From Eledone cirrhosa (Eukaryota): 64,000 nucleotides of DNA. The notes under the pieces are model-generated. The model was not told where the DNA came from. It was given only the letters and a program-made list of their open reading frames with translations, and searched no databases. The position numbers and the translations under genes are program-made. Below are positions 48,323-62,944 of this stretch, one piece after another (position 1 is the first letter of the stretch; each line of letters starts with the position of its first letter). The DNA lies in the NCBI GenBank assembly GCA_964016885.1, contig OZ024742.1, positions 209,498,001 to 209,562,000 of the forward strand, read 5' to 3'.

Positions 48323-49603
48323 TATAGACTTCGTTTTCACGAAACGGTTAAGGCATATGATAGAGAAATTCCGTAAATGAATTGTGCAAGAGAGAGTGGG
48401 GGGAGTGGGGGATAGAGGGAGGGAGAGAGAAGAATGATACATAAGTATATATCGCGATAGAGAAGGAGTGAGTGAGAGAGCAAAGTGGAAGAAATATCGT
48501 ATATGAATGAATTTGAACCTGAGTGATAGAATCTGTTTAAAGTAAAAATTAATCTGCATTAGAATGTCTCGTAGCTTATAATTCTCTTGCTCACGAGAGT
48601 TTTAATAAGGAGATGGCGGGCTTTCCGTCTAGGAAAAGATCGACAAAAAGAGGGAGAGAGAGGGAGAGAAACATGTGTGAGTGATGAATAGATAGACATA
48701 GAGATTGAAATGTTGAAATGGGTGAATAAATGATGAACTGAGTGCTAGAAATTAAATTATTCTAAATCGTCTCTCTAATTTTTCTCACGAAATAATTAAT
48801 CCGGAAATGGGTAGCTATCTTTCAATGAACGGCCAAGATAAAAGAGAGGCAGAATCAATAAAATGAATGACTCTGTAAACAGCGGGTAACAAAGCTTCAA
48901 ATAAAGCAGGTAAGTACGAATAGTATTGAAAATAGTTGGTAACATATGATAAAATAATATGAATGATTTCTGATTTAGGCAGAAGACCAACAATTTGGGA
49001 GGAAAGTCGTTTAAATCAACATTACTTGTACTTTATGTTATCGACCCCCGTAAGGATGAAAGGCAAAGCTAACCCCGGCAAGATTTTAACACAGAACATA
49101 TGCTTCTAAATGGTAAAATAAAATTCATAAAAACAGATTTAAGTTGAATTTTGTGAAGCGAGTCCACATCTTGGTTAACGATTACCTCATGTTTTATATT
49201 TTAACTGTTCTTGTATTTTTATATCTGAAGAACATGGCCGGCATGTTTATGTTCTATAAGCAGCTTGCTTCACAGTGAAATATGTTATTGTGCTCCGATC
49301 CCATTTTATCGAATCTGTCAGTAAGAAAGCATTCACCTCACTAAGATTGGCCCTTGAGAGGTATGCACCCCAACAATTGCAAACCAAGCTCCTTTTGCCC
49401 CAGATTTGACTTGATCTGGTCTTAGTTACGCAGCAGTGGACATTCGTTTTTCTGTAGTCATTTAGAAATCGAATGTAAAGAAGCATTTGAGGAATTCTAT
49501 ATCACGACTGCATCCTTACAACTATATCAGACATTACCGGTACATACATATATATATTATACCAATATGCGCATATACATACATACAAACACACACACAC
49601 ACA

Positions 49604-49671
<68 letters not shown>

Positions 49672-49861
49672 AAGTTATATTTAAAATTGTTGGGTTACAA
49701 CTAGTAAATATTTATAACTGATATAAAAGCACTCGACAAATACTTGGAGTATATTTACAATATTAAATAGACTGCTAGAGTGAACCTCTTCAAATGAAGT
49801 TGATGTTTATTACGGTATGTCGAATATATTTATCTATAAAACTGTTTATATTGTATTTTGT

Positions 49862-49900
49862 CTGATGAAGGCATAGCATATTGTTAATATGATATCCCCG

Positions 49901-49903
<3 letters not shown>
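49862..49903 (+). ncRNA. Partial hammerhead ribozyme core (CTGATGA - long stem II - GAAA) disrupted by (TA)n
   Basis: CTGATGA-AGGCATAGCATATT-GTT-AATATGATATCCCC-GAAA. Confidence 0.5.
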
Positions 49904-49959
<56 letters not shown>

Positions 49960-49991
49960 ATTAAAAATAGAGGTGTGACACACGAGTTGTG

Positions 49992-50513
<522 letters not shown>

Positions 50514-50521
50514 CATACATA

Positions 50522-53500
50522 CTACTAGCAATCCTAGCAGCCAGGTCGAACAGCGCCTTGAAACAATTATGCCTGTAAGAAACTTGACACCACCTGTACC
50601 ATCTAAGTCTACCTCGAATGCTGGGGAAAACACTATCGATAATAATAATAATCGAATAAATGTGACACCACGTGTACCATCCGAGTCTACCTCGACTGTT
50701 GTGGAAAATACTATCGATAATGATAATCAAAAGTATAAACAATTGAAAATTTCCCTCAACGAAATCTTCCAGAGAGAAATTGACTCATGTATAAATATCT
50801 CTCTTGCTGAACGTGTTAAAACGACAATGTTGAATAAAAAACCAAATAATGAAATACTAGGTGTTATTGACGAAATAGGGGATGAATATTTACGACGGAT
50901 AAAAACCCCAACATTTTGGCAAATCAACGACAGTGAAGCATTATCTTGGTGATAGCAGAAATATTAACAAGAACAAAACACCACCAAAAATACCATCATA
51001 TATAACTAAAATAGAAAAACAGATTGCTGACCTACGAAAAAACATAGGATATGTGACAATGCTCCTTGCATGCAAACAAACAAAAAAAACTTCACTCCTC
51101 ACCAACAAAGAGTGAAAAATAAAATAGAGGCGATGTTTGGTAACAGTAGAACCAGAACTCTCCAATATAAGCTGATCACCCTCAAACAAGAATTGAGAGC
51201 TGTTAGCGAAAAACGCCGATACCTGAAGAAGGTAGATGAGAGAAAGGTGCTTAATAAAAGATTCAGACGAAACCAAACATCAGTCTATAGAGATATGAAG
51301 GGCAAAATAATAAGTGTCACTGAGGCCCCATCCCAGAAAAACATAGATTCCTTTTGGAGAAAAATATGGGGTGAAAAGAAGAATTTCAACCAAGATGCAG
51401 TGTGGCTAAGAGAAATCCGAAAGAACTATTGCTCCTACACTACAACAAAAACATACGAAATAAGTGAGGGTACCCTTGAGACTGTGATAGGAAAACTCCA
51501 AGATAAGAAAGCACCAGGAAGAGACATGATTGTCGGCTACTGGTACAAAAAACTGATATTCTATCGGAGGTATCTTACTGACCTATACCAACAAGTTCTT
51601 AAGGGAGATACATTTATACCAGAATGGTTGACATTAGCACACACATTACTGGTCCCCAAGAACAAAGACACCCACTTGGCAAAAAACTACCGACCCATTG
51701 CATGTATAAGATGTATACAGCCTGCCTGAACCTATTCCTCCAATATCACTGTGAAAATAATAACATCATCACAGATGAACAAGCAGCTGGAAAGAAAGGG
51801 GTTTGGGGATGTGCTGAACAACTCCTAATCAACAAAACTGCGATGTCGGAGGTGCGACAACTTAGGAGGAATATGACTGCAGTCTGGCTGGACTACAGGA
51901 AAGCTTTCGATTTTGTTCCCCACTCTTGGATGATAGAGGCCCTCCAACTTGCTAAAGTCCCGGACATTATTGTCACACCCATAGAGAGGCTGTCTTCTTC
52001 TTGGGCTACTATCCTAAAGTTAAAGACAGAGAGGGAGGACTCTATTTTCACTGATAAAATAAAATATTGCAGGGGCATATTTCAGGGGGACAGTCTCTCT
52101 GTGATATTATTTTTTTTGTCATTAAACCCCTTGTCCTTTCTGCTCAAGAAATGTGTGGCTCACAGGAGGACAGAAATACGAACCTAACCCATAATTTCTT
52201 TGTGGACTATCTGAAACTCTATGCCAAGAACATGGATGGGATGAAGAAAAATCTTGACCTGGTTACAACGTTCTCAAAGGATATAGGAATGGAGTTTGGC
52301 CAAGATAAATGCTCATACATGACTGTAAAGCGGGGAAAAACAACAACCCAATCTAGCAACATTGTCATCAATGGCTAACTGTTTCACCGATATCTGATGA
52401 GGACTGCTACAGATACCTGGGGATAGATGAGAACATATCCTATAATGGTATCTGTAATAAAAAACGCGTAACCAGGGAATACTACACCCGATTAAGAAAG
52501 ATCTGGTCATCTGAACTCTGTGCGCAAAACAAAACAGTCGCTCACAATGTGTTTGCTGTGCCTGTCCTAACACCAACGTTTGGAATACTCAATTGGACGA
52601 TAGACGAAATCCGAGCAGTTGATGTAGGAACTCGAAAAATACTGAACAACGCCGGAAACTTCCACATCAACAGTGACATAGACCGCCTTTACTTGAAACG
52701 TAAGGAGGGAGGTAGAGGCCTAACATCAGTCCAGACAACATTTGAATGTCGCATCATATCTCTCCGACAACATCAACGAACCTCGAAGCGTAGGAGCCCG
52801 TTTCTCGAGCAAGTCTATCTGCATGAAACAGATAAGATCATGAGAGTTGGGAAGGAACTCCTTGAGAGATATTCCCTGTGTGATAATCAAAAACTCACAC
52901 CCAGGGATGTCGCTCAGCAGTATCGCAGTGAATCCATGGATGAAAAACTACATGCTTATCAGCAAAAGATCATGCATGGATATGTTGCCAGGAAGCTCCA
53001 GAGTGAGAGTAATATAGATAAGGAAAGTAGTCTATCTTGGACCAACAACCACTATATTGTCCCCCACTTTAAAGGATACGCTTTTACAATCCAGGAACAG
53101 TAGATTAGCACGAAATACCTGATTCACAAAAGAGATAGGGATGCAGGCAAAACAGCTAGATGTGATAACAAGTGCAGACTCTGCAGAACTAACATCGAGG
53201 ATATCACCCATGTCATCAGCAGCTGTCCAAAGATGTCATCGCGGTACTATCTACCTATGAGGCATGATGTAGTGGCGAAAACAATGCAGTTCGTAAAAAA
53301 GATAGCCCCGATAATAAACACATTAAAAGCTACAACAATGTGGAAGGCATCCATGTACATAATATGAAAGAGTACTGGTGGAATGTTACAGTAAAAACCC
53401 CAATAAAATGCAGACATAGCAGACCAGATATTATGATATGGGACAGGGAGAAGAAAACATGCACAGTAGTGGAAATTAGCTGCCCAGCAGATGCCAATAT

Positions 53501-53981
53501 AATATCAAAGATTAGTGAAAAGGAGAATATTTATGCAGAACTGATGAGAAATCTGCAGATACTCCAACCTGATTACACCTTCAGATTTATGCGTGATTTT
53601 GGGGGCACTGGGATATGATAGTAACTGCTTCAATACAAATCTTGAGAAGCTAGGCTTCACAGGAATAGAAAGAACACAACTAGTTAGGAAATTACAAGTA
53701 CAATCCATTAATGGAACAGTAAAAATATGTAAAATATTCCAAATATTTTGCATCTAATAACTGCATATACACATGTACAGATACAAAGCATATACACATG
53801 CACACATACAAATCAAAACATACATATCCACACATACAATAACATCCATATCTACACATGCATACATACATAACTACCTAGTTGCTGTTGTGTAAATTCT
53901 AATGAGAGTGTCTTGTGTCTATGTTAGAAACCGACTCTCTCTCTATTGGTAAAACTTTGTGAAATTATAAAACCAGAAGAA
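50522..53981 (+). mobile_element. Degenerate R4/Dong-clade element, family Dong-C, (CATA)n-flanked
   Basis: KAPGRD.IVGYW, NYRPIAC, EQLLINK, WLDYRKAFD.VPHSW, RGIFQGDSLS, FVDYLKLY, CRLCRTNIEDITHVISSC, RHD, RPDIMIWD..VVEISCP; (CATA)n at 50508-50521 and 53982-54050. Confidence 0.9.
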
Positions 53982-54050
53982 CATACATACATACATACAT
54001 ACATACATACATACATACATACATACATACATACATACATACATACATAC

Positions 54051-57000
54051 GTCCTAATTAACACAATTGTGAGGTCGGAGGTGCGACAATGTAGGAGGAA
54101 TATGGCTATAGTCTGACTGGACTAAAGAAATCATTTGATTCTGTTCCGCAATGTTGGATGATAGAGGCCGTCCGACCTGCTAAAGTGCCAGATATTATTA
54201 TCAGAGCAATAGTTAAAAACAGAGAAGGAAGACTTTATTTTTACTGATAAAATAGAATATCATAGGGGTATATTTCAAGGAGACAGTCTCTCTGTGCTAC
54301 TATTTATACTGTCATTAAATACCTTGTCCATTCTGCTCAAGAAACGAGAAGGATACATCATTGGCTCAACGAAGGACAGAAATACGAACTTAACCCATAA
54401 TTCCTCTGTGGATGACCTGAAACTCTATGCCATGAATATAAACGGAATGAAGAAAAATCTTGACCTGGTTACAACATACTCAAAGAATATAGAAATGGAG
54501 TTTGGCCATGACAAATGCTCATACATGACTGTAAAGCGGAAAAAACTACAACCCGATCTAGTAACATTTTTATCAATGGCCTACGTGTTTCACCGATACC
54601 TAACGAGGACTACTACATATATCTGGGGATAGATAAGAATATATCCTATAATGGTATTTGTAATAAGGAACGCGTAACGAGGGAATATTACACCCGATTA
54701 AGAATAATATGGTCATAGTAACTCTCTGCGCGCAATAAAATAATGGCTCACAGTGTGTTTGCTGTGCCTCATCTAACACCACCGTTTGGAATATTAGATT
54801 GGATGATAGACGAAATCCGAGCAATTGATGTTGAAACTCGAAAAATCCTAAACAACACCGGAAACTTCCACATCAATAATTACATCGGCCACCTCTACAT
54901 GAATCGTAAGCAGAGAGGCAGAGGGCTAATACCAGTCCAGACAACATTTGAATGTCGCATCATATCCCTCCGACAATATGTACGAACCTCCAAACGTAGG
55001 AGCCCATCTATTGAGCAAGTCTGTCTGCATGAGACAGATAAGATCACAAGAATTGGGAAGGAACTCCTTGAAAGATATTCTCTGCATGTTAATCAAGCGT
55101 TCACACCCAGGGAAATTGCCCAGTAGTACCGCAGCGAATTCATAGATGAAAAGCTGCATGCTTGTCAGCAAACATCATGCATGGATATGTTGCCAGGAAG
55201 CTCCAGAGTGAGAGTAATAAATATAATCAAAGTAGTATATCTTGGACCAACAACCACTATATTGGCTCCCACTTTGAAGGATACGCTTTTGTAATACAAG
55301 AACAGGAAATCAACACAAAATACCTGATTTACAAAAGAAATAGGGATGCAAGCAGAACACCTGGATGTGACAACGAATGCAGACTCTGCAGAATTAACAT
55401 TGAAGATGTCACCCATGTCATAAGCAGCTGTCCAAAGATGACATCACGGTACTATCTACCTATGAGGCATGATGTAATGGCCCAAACACTGTAGAATGCA
55501 ATCCGTAGAAAAGATAGCTTCGACAATAAACACATTAATAGCTACAGCAATGTGGAAGACACACATATACATAATATGAAAGACTACTGGCAGTATGTTC
55601 CAGTAAAAACCCCAATAACATGCAAGCATAACAGATCAGGTATAATGATATGGGAGAGGAAAAGAAGGCATGCATGGTAGTGGAAGTTAACTGCCGGCCA
55701 GATGCCAATATGATATCAAATATTACCGAAAAGGAGAATATCTATGCAGAACTAATGAGAAATCTACAGATACTCCACCTTGACTATTCCTTCAGATTTA
55801 TACCTGTGATTATTGGGGCACTGGGATATGTCAATAACTGCCTCAATAGAAATCGTGAGAAGCTGGGCTTCACAGAAACAGAAAGAACATGAGTAGTTAG
55901 GAAATTACAAGTATAATCCATTAATGGAACAGTAAAGATATGTAAAACATTCCAAACATTTTGCATCTAATAACTGCATATACACATTCAATTCAATTCA
56001 ATTCAATATATTTGGCAGAAAATAAAAAATAGATGCTTCAGATGCCATGTAAGGAGGGGAGAGGGGCAAAATTTACACAGTCGGAAACACAGTGGTCCAA
56101 CACCGGTCTAATTTCGCCTTGAATTGTTGCGTGGTTGGCGATTTAACTACTTCTTCTGGAAGCCGATTCCAGGGTCCAGAGATGCGGATCGAGAAAGCAG
56201 CTTTCCGTCTATTTAGGCGAAAGCGGCGGTGAAACAGCTTTTTGTCATGTTCACGTAGACCCCCTTCAAGTGCCGGAGTGAATAGGAGATCTTGAGGGAG
56301 ATCGTAATGACCATTGAAGAGATTGTAAGCCAAAATGAGATCGCCTCGTAGCCGTCGACGCTCCAAGGAGAAGAGGTTCAGCTTCTGCAGCCGGCTTTCG
56401 TAGGGCAGCTCATGAAGATCATATACCATTCGAGTCGCTAGTCGTTGAACTCTCTCCAAGTGATGGATATCCCGGATGAGATATGGGTTTGATGCTTGGA
56501 TGCTATATACTAGGTGCGGTCTCACGAGGACGACATAGAAAGTCCTGAAGATTTCTGGAGTGAGTTTGGCAAAGGAGCGTCGAATAAGAAAGAAGAGAGC
56601 TCCTTGCCTTGTTTGCTTGAATGCAATGTTTTGATGGTTTGAAGGACAAGTCGACCAGCAGACCGAGATTTTTAGTCTCCTCAACGAAGGTAAGAGCTGA
56701 GTTATAAGGTGTACCCACTGCACTCTGTCAACACTTATCGACATTGAGGTATAAATCCGAGTCCATGGACCAACTCCAGGCGCGCTGGAGGCTGGATTTG
56801 AAATAGTCGATCTCGCTCCTACGGGCTACCATTTTCACATCATCTGCAAATAGGAGCACGTTTCCACCAATCACGCCCGGCATGTCGTTGATGTATAGAA
56901 GGAAGAGAATCGGGCCCACCACAGAGCCCTGGGGAACGCCACTGCCTACACCCACCCCCGATGACAGACTGCCACTGATCCGAACTCTGCAAGTACGACC

Positions 57001-57427
57001 CTCAAGAAATGATCCAATCCACTTTATAATCGAATCAAGGAGACCGTAGTTGCTGAGTTTATACAGGAGCAGGCGGTGGTTGACAGAGTCCAAGGCTTTG
57101 GCGAAGTCGAGAAAGATAATATCGGCCGCATCTCCATCGTCCACTATCCTCGTCACCTATTCTTCCATCACGAGTAGGTTTGTGAGACAGGGATGTTTCG
57201 GGATGAAACCGTGTTGAGATGGAGAGATGGCAGTACATGTACAGATACAAAGCATATGCACACATATAACTCAAAGCATTCACATCGACACATATATTAA
57301 CATCCTTACCTACACACACAAGCATTCAAACATACATACATATCTACCTAGTTGATGTGTAAATTCCAATGTTAGAAACCGATTCTCTCTCAATTGGTAA
57401 AAATTCATAAAATTATAAAACCAGAGG
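54051..57427 (+). mobile_element. Second, 5'-truncated Dong-C copy, interrupted by a CR1 insertion; (CATA)n tail at 57428-57550
   Basis: Collinear with 51823-53981; the 3'UTR resumes at 57235 after the insertion. Confidence 0.88.
55988..57234 (-). mobile_element. 5'-truncated CR1-clade LINE with (TTGAA)n tail
   Basis: QHGF..CLTNLL, FLDFAKA.DSV.H, SGVPQGSV.GP.LFLLYIND, LFADD, LVRPHL.Y, LERVQR.ATR, ERRRLRGDLI; ACAT repeated at both flanks. Confidence 0.9.
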
Positions 57428-59503
57428 TACATACATACATACGCGCATACATACATACATACATGCATACATACATACATACATACATACATACATACAT
57501 ACATACATACATACATACATACATGCATGCATACATACATACATACATTCATGCATACACCTATATATACATACTATACAGTGACATACTCCCACAACAT
57601 TGTGTATTTTGAGTAAATCTAGATGAAATGTTTTCTGACCACAATGCTACAGGAACATTAAATGCTGACTATGCATTATTCTACCTTCGCTTTTAGTCCC
57701 AGAGTTTAAAGCGTTGTAAAGCAGTTATAAAGTAAACTTTGTTGACCTTTCACAAGACACACATCTGTAATGTGACCATAAAAATTCAAGGCTAACTAAC
57801 CACGTCTTTCAAGTAGAGTCTCTATTTGATCAATCGATCATCTCTTTCCAACGATGTTTATAATTAGTTCATGACAGTACACCAGAGAATGCTCCTAGCA
57901 AGTTGTTGAAGTGTGGACACTTTACTTCTGTCAGGCAGCAAATCTTCGTAACGCAGATGATATCACCTCGAGGTCGATCAATATATTAATTCAAACAAGT
58001 ATCTTTCTTGTGATATACATGATCTATTTATACTCACTGTTGTATCATTAGGGTTTTTAATAAGATATCTTGTTATGTTATCATGTTACATTTGAAGTAA
58101 TGCTACATTTAGAACCTTTGAGCATATCCAAACGTAAGTGGGTTTTGAATTGAATAATCGACTACCGGGCGTTGCTTTCACTGATATATTATTTTATATG
58201 AGGAAAAACTAAATCATGACTTTGATTTGTTATGGTAGAAACGAAACAGCCAGTTTTATGTTATTCGATATATAGGTATTATTGCTGAAGAGGTAACATT
58301 TTTCAACCAGATCATAAGGAATATGTTTGTTTCAACTAGTTCATATTCTCTCTATGTATTTCATCGTCTCACGTTTGGCTTACTTATCTGTCAGAAATAG
58401 ATACAATTATTTTTGGAAATATTACACGCGAAAGACTGCTGGCCTATCATAGAAGATTCTTTTCTTAGAAGATTCTTTTCTTATCCTCTTAGCTTTATCG
58501 AATCTGGAGCTAAGTACAAACAACGTATGTTTCTTTATTTTTCGTGACGATAGTTATCATCTATCACTCATCATTATTGAATATGTCAAACAGGATACTG
58601 TACTTCCTGTCGTCTGATAAATTCTTGCTTTTGTAATGAAATGTATAAGTCAAGCTATGATTTATTAGAAATATAATATTGAATGTCAACCTATTAATAA
58701 TACTCGTAATTTCTAGCAACATTCAAAACAGAATTGTTATTTCGACATACACGGTGATGAAATTTTATCTTACACATTTAATGTTTGAATCAATAGCGTT
58801 AGACATTGTTATATCTGGCGACATTGTATGTTAATATCACATACTTTAGCATGGTTTATTTCGTTTACCTTTTAAAAATTAATCTAGTCATGTTGGGGGT
58901 ATTGAGCTATTGAAATATTTGATTCCAGGTGGAGATAATTCTGGCCTATCACAGTATCCTTTCACTGTAAAGTAAAGTCAGATTCAATCATGAAATTAAC
59001 AATCAACACATGACCATGTTTGCTGAGCATTGTAAAAATGGGAGCATCTCTCTAACTCTAAAAGAGAGACGAAAGCTTGAAGTTTACTCAAGTGTTTTGA
59101 ACCTCAGAAAAGTAGACTGTAAATGACTTACAATGCATGACTGGCTGGCTGGCTGGATGGATGGCCCTGTAACTCCTGGGGGAGTCGTCGGGGAACTGTA
59201 TTGACATACGACGTTTCTAGGGTATTTTATTAGACATGGCGGCGCTCATCTCCTCGCCAGTTAGGAACACAGCCGATTTTTTCCAAAGAAGTATAGAGAA
59301 TGAGAGAATATAAGTGAGAAAGAGATATAGAATCGTCACCAGTACTTGATTGGTACTTTTTTTTATTGACCTCGAATGAATGAGAGTCAAAGTTTACCTC
59401 AGAGAGATTTGAACTCAGGAATAAAGAGAAATATTACCTCGAGTTGTTTCTAAGACAGATTTTAGTCAAGGTTCCCTTCAAATATGTTAGAAAAGCGTAT
59501 TGA

Positions 59504-59640
59504 AGGTGCGATACTTAGTGGTTAGAGAGTTAGATTCGCAATCGTCAGGTTGCGAGTTCAATTCTTCGACCGGGTGATGCATTCTGTCCTTGAGCAAGGC
59601 ACTTTATTTCACGTTGCTCCTTCTGCCAGGAGTTGCGACC
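59504..59640 (+). mobile_element. tRNA-derived SINE copy
   Basis: Homologous to 31411-31560. Confidence 0.75.
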
Positions 59641-60156
59641 GGTAGATAGTATCAGCAATGAAAAGACCAATGGAAACAAAGGTTTACTTGACCCGATTTG
59701 ACGAAGTCCACCCCACTCGGAAAGTGAATGAGGTCTGGGATCTTGTCGATCTATATTAAAAAAAGCCTACCCGTGGGACTAAAGCGCGCTGTTTATTTTC
59801 TCCAAAGTTGTATATAAATCCTTACTTTTTCAATCCATATTACTGGCAAGAGTATATTGAAATCACTTTAATCGGTTATTATAGAATACATATTTTCAAG
59901 ATATAAACTTACTGATTTGAGTTTGTAGGAGAAAACTAAATTCTCTAGAGCGATGTTTATATAATTGTTCTGTCATCTCATATTACATCTTAAACTGATT
60001 CTTTAGATGGCATGAGATCAAATTTTATATATTTTTTTAATGTCCATTTCAATTACAATTAAGTAAATTTTAACGAACATTCCTTTTGACATTTTCTTTT
60101 CAATTATCATTGCTTTTCTAAACTGCAGCGTAGAGTTAAGCATCTGCACACTTAGA

Positions 60157-60237
60157 CAATATAGCATTTAAGACAAGCAAATTCAATATAGCATTTAAGA
60201 CAAGCAAATTCAATATAGCACTTATGACAAGCAGATT
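60157..60237. repeat. 27-bp minisatellite, 3 copies
   Basis: CAATATAGCATTTAAGACAAGCAAATT x2 plus one diverged copy. Confidence 0.9.
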
Positions 60238-60702
60238 CAGAAAGATGTTACAGCAAGCAGACATGGAAATTACATATCTACATATTAAAAATGTGTATAT
60301 CTATATTCTCATTGTTGCAGTCTCGGTTACAAACTCTGTATTTATACAGATATGACTTTATCATACACCTCGGCTGCTAGCGTTCTTTTTAATGCATATC
60401 TTAATAAATTACCAACACGAGCGCTAATTATATGCAAATTAGTATGTCCATTTCGGAATAATAATTAGAGCGAATGGGTATATACACCCATGAAATACAA
60501 TTATATCTTTTGATTGACTGGATTGTATACACCCCTTCCGATGAAGATGCAATTAGATCCGAAAAATTGACTAAATATGTTTATTATTATTTCAATTTAC
60601 AATTCAAATATTCTGGCATGTGTACACATTAAAATAAGTATATGTATATCCACATACCCTGTATTTATACTTATATAACTTTATTATACATATATATATA
60701 TA

Positions 60703-60837
<135 letters not shown>

Positions 60838-62903
60838 TTTGTTGTTGAAAACAAGTTTTCATGTTTAATATCTTTTTATAATCAAATACATCTACAGATC
60901 GTTTGGAACAACAAACTTCATAAGTCCAGGGTGTTGTTATATTTTTACTACCCCCTTTACATATTCTATGGGACTCCTACGGGAATTTGAATATTGAACT
61001 GGACCTAAGACCCACTCATCACACATCACATGTTAATGACGTACATATGTTGCTCATGTGTCCCCTAATAAAAAAAATAAGTATTGCTTCTATGATTTAT
61101 CATCTAAATTTTGATCGGAATCCTGTATAATGTAGATTTATTGGCCACTAATGTTCTATCTATCATTATTTTGTAGTGTATAGTGTAATGCATTGCAATT
61201 GGTCCTTGTAAATTCGTAGTGAGCATCGAGATAGTTTTATAATTATATAGCCAATGTAATAATTTGTTTCATGAAGTTTACAACTTTCATTTTTGCAATC
61301 GAATTTGTAAATTGCATTAGTCATTTATGGTTTGTTGTCGAGTATCCATGCTTGTGATTTGTTGTTAATAAAGAGTAGCTGTTCTTTTTTATTTATAAAC
61401 TTTGCTAGTATAGTATTACTGCTAATTTGTAACACCTCATACACTCAAAACAAATTTGGATGGGAAAAAACGTAATGGAAATACGTCTGTATTATTGAGA
61501 ATCGCGAACAAAAATATGTGATTAATCATGGAGGCAATACGAATGTAACAATTTGGTGCAATTATCAATATATGGTGCCAGCCATACACACGATTGACAA
61601 ATTGCAACATACACACAACATACACACGATTGACAAATTGCGACCAAATACTTCGGTGTGCAAAGACATACACCGAGATTTGAAACCCTTTGTTTAGACT
61701 GTTGTAAGTTTCAGAATCCTATACTATAGTAGTCCCTACAAAATTACACCTCTTCTCCAATGACATATCTCAGAAAAATTATGTAAAATTAATGGCATTA
61801 CTAGACAACAAAGGAAATAGCTTAAAAATCTCAATTCATATCGACTGAACACCTCATTACAATGAGTTTTCTTAAAGAGAGGCAAAGGTTGAATTTGAGT
61901 GCAGAAGAAGGACTTTCAAAATTATTCACAAAACTGATTTAGAGACATTGAACTGAACTCGAGTGGGAAAACCTGGCCATCGAACATCTATCATTGTGCA
62001 ATATAATTTAACTCATATAGGAAATACCCAAGACAATATATGATATTAAAAATAGAATTATTCTACGGACTCATAAAAACAGAGAGGTCATGTGAATTCA
62101 GTATATATAAAAGTCGATTTCTTAATAGAACTTGGAACATGGCAAGAATATAATTTATACAAAAAAAAGAGAGATGGTCGCTATACTTGAGTGGCGAAAA
62201 CAATATGCAAATATCTACAAACACACAAACATCCACACAGACACCCATACATGTGTAATTGTGTAGGAACTCACATACACAAACATACATAATTGTGTAA
62301 GAACTCTGAACTTCACTGACCGCTTCTTATTTGTGCCGTTCGGCGCCGAGACATCTGGTCTCTTCGGTTTCGAACGTCCGTTTTCATCCACAAAATCCGA
62401 ACCAATGCAGACCACCTGTGGAAAGAGATCCATTGTGTAGAGGGACTGATGCAGCAAGTGTCGCTTGCACTACTTTCGCTATTTTGTTCCCGAGGCGCAT
62501 CTGTGATACACCACCTACGCTGGTGTGTAGCGTCAGCCGATCCCTCTCCCTTTTCTCTTATATTCGATATTTAACATTTTTCTCATGTTTTTGTGTGTGT
62601 TTTTGAATAAGCAAACGTTCATGAATTGTTAATTGATGTCTCTAACTTGAAAAAGATATTTCGTGTATGATGTAAGAAACGAAAACTCTGTGGGGATAAA
62701 CGGGATTGTTTCCCAAGAGTTCGAGCGGTTACAGTAGGTCAAATGCAAACAAGTGAGAGTCTGAAATAGTGCGTAAGAAGAAATATCATCATCTACCCAA
62801 TACATATTTATTTTACATTTCTAACGCCGTTGATAAATAACGACTTTGTATCCCTGCAAAATAACGCAAACAAACAAATAAAATATGTCCGTGTGTTGTA
62901 TGT

Positions 62904-62944
<41 letters not shown>

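Noticed and set aside
60157-60237. CRISPR-like repeat
   Set aside because: Direct tandem units with no spacers; eukaryotic context with no cas genes.
60430-60580. Third hammerhead (TATGCAAAT upstream; CCGATGA...CCGAAA)
   Set aside because: Core mutated, stem II only 3 bp, and no convincing stems I or III.
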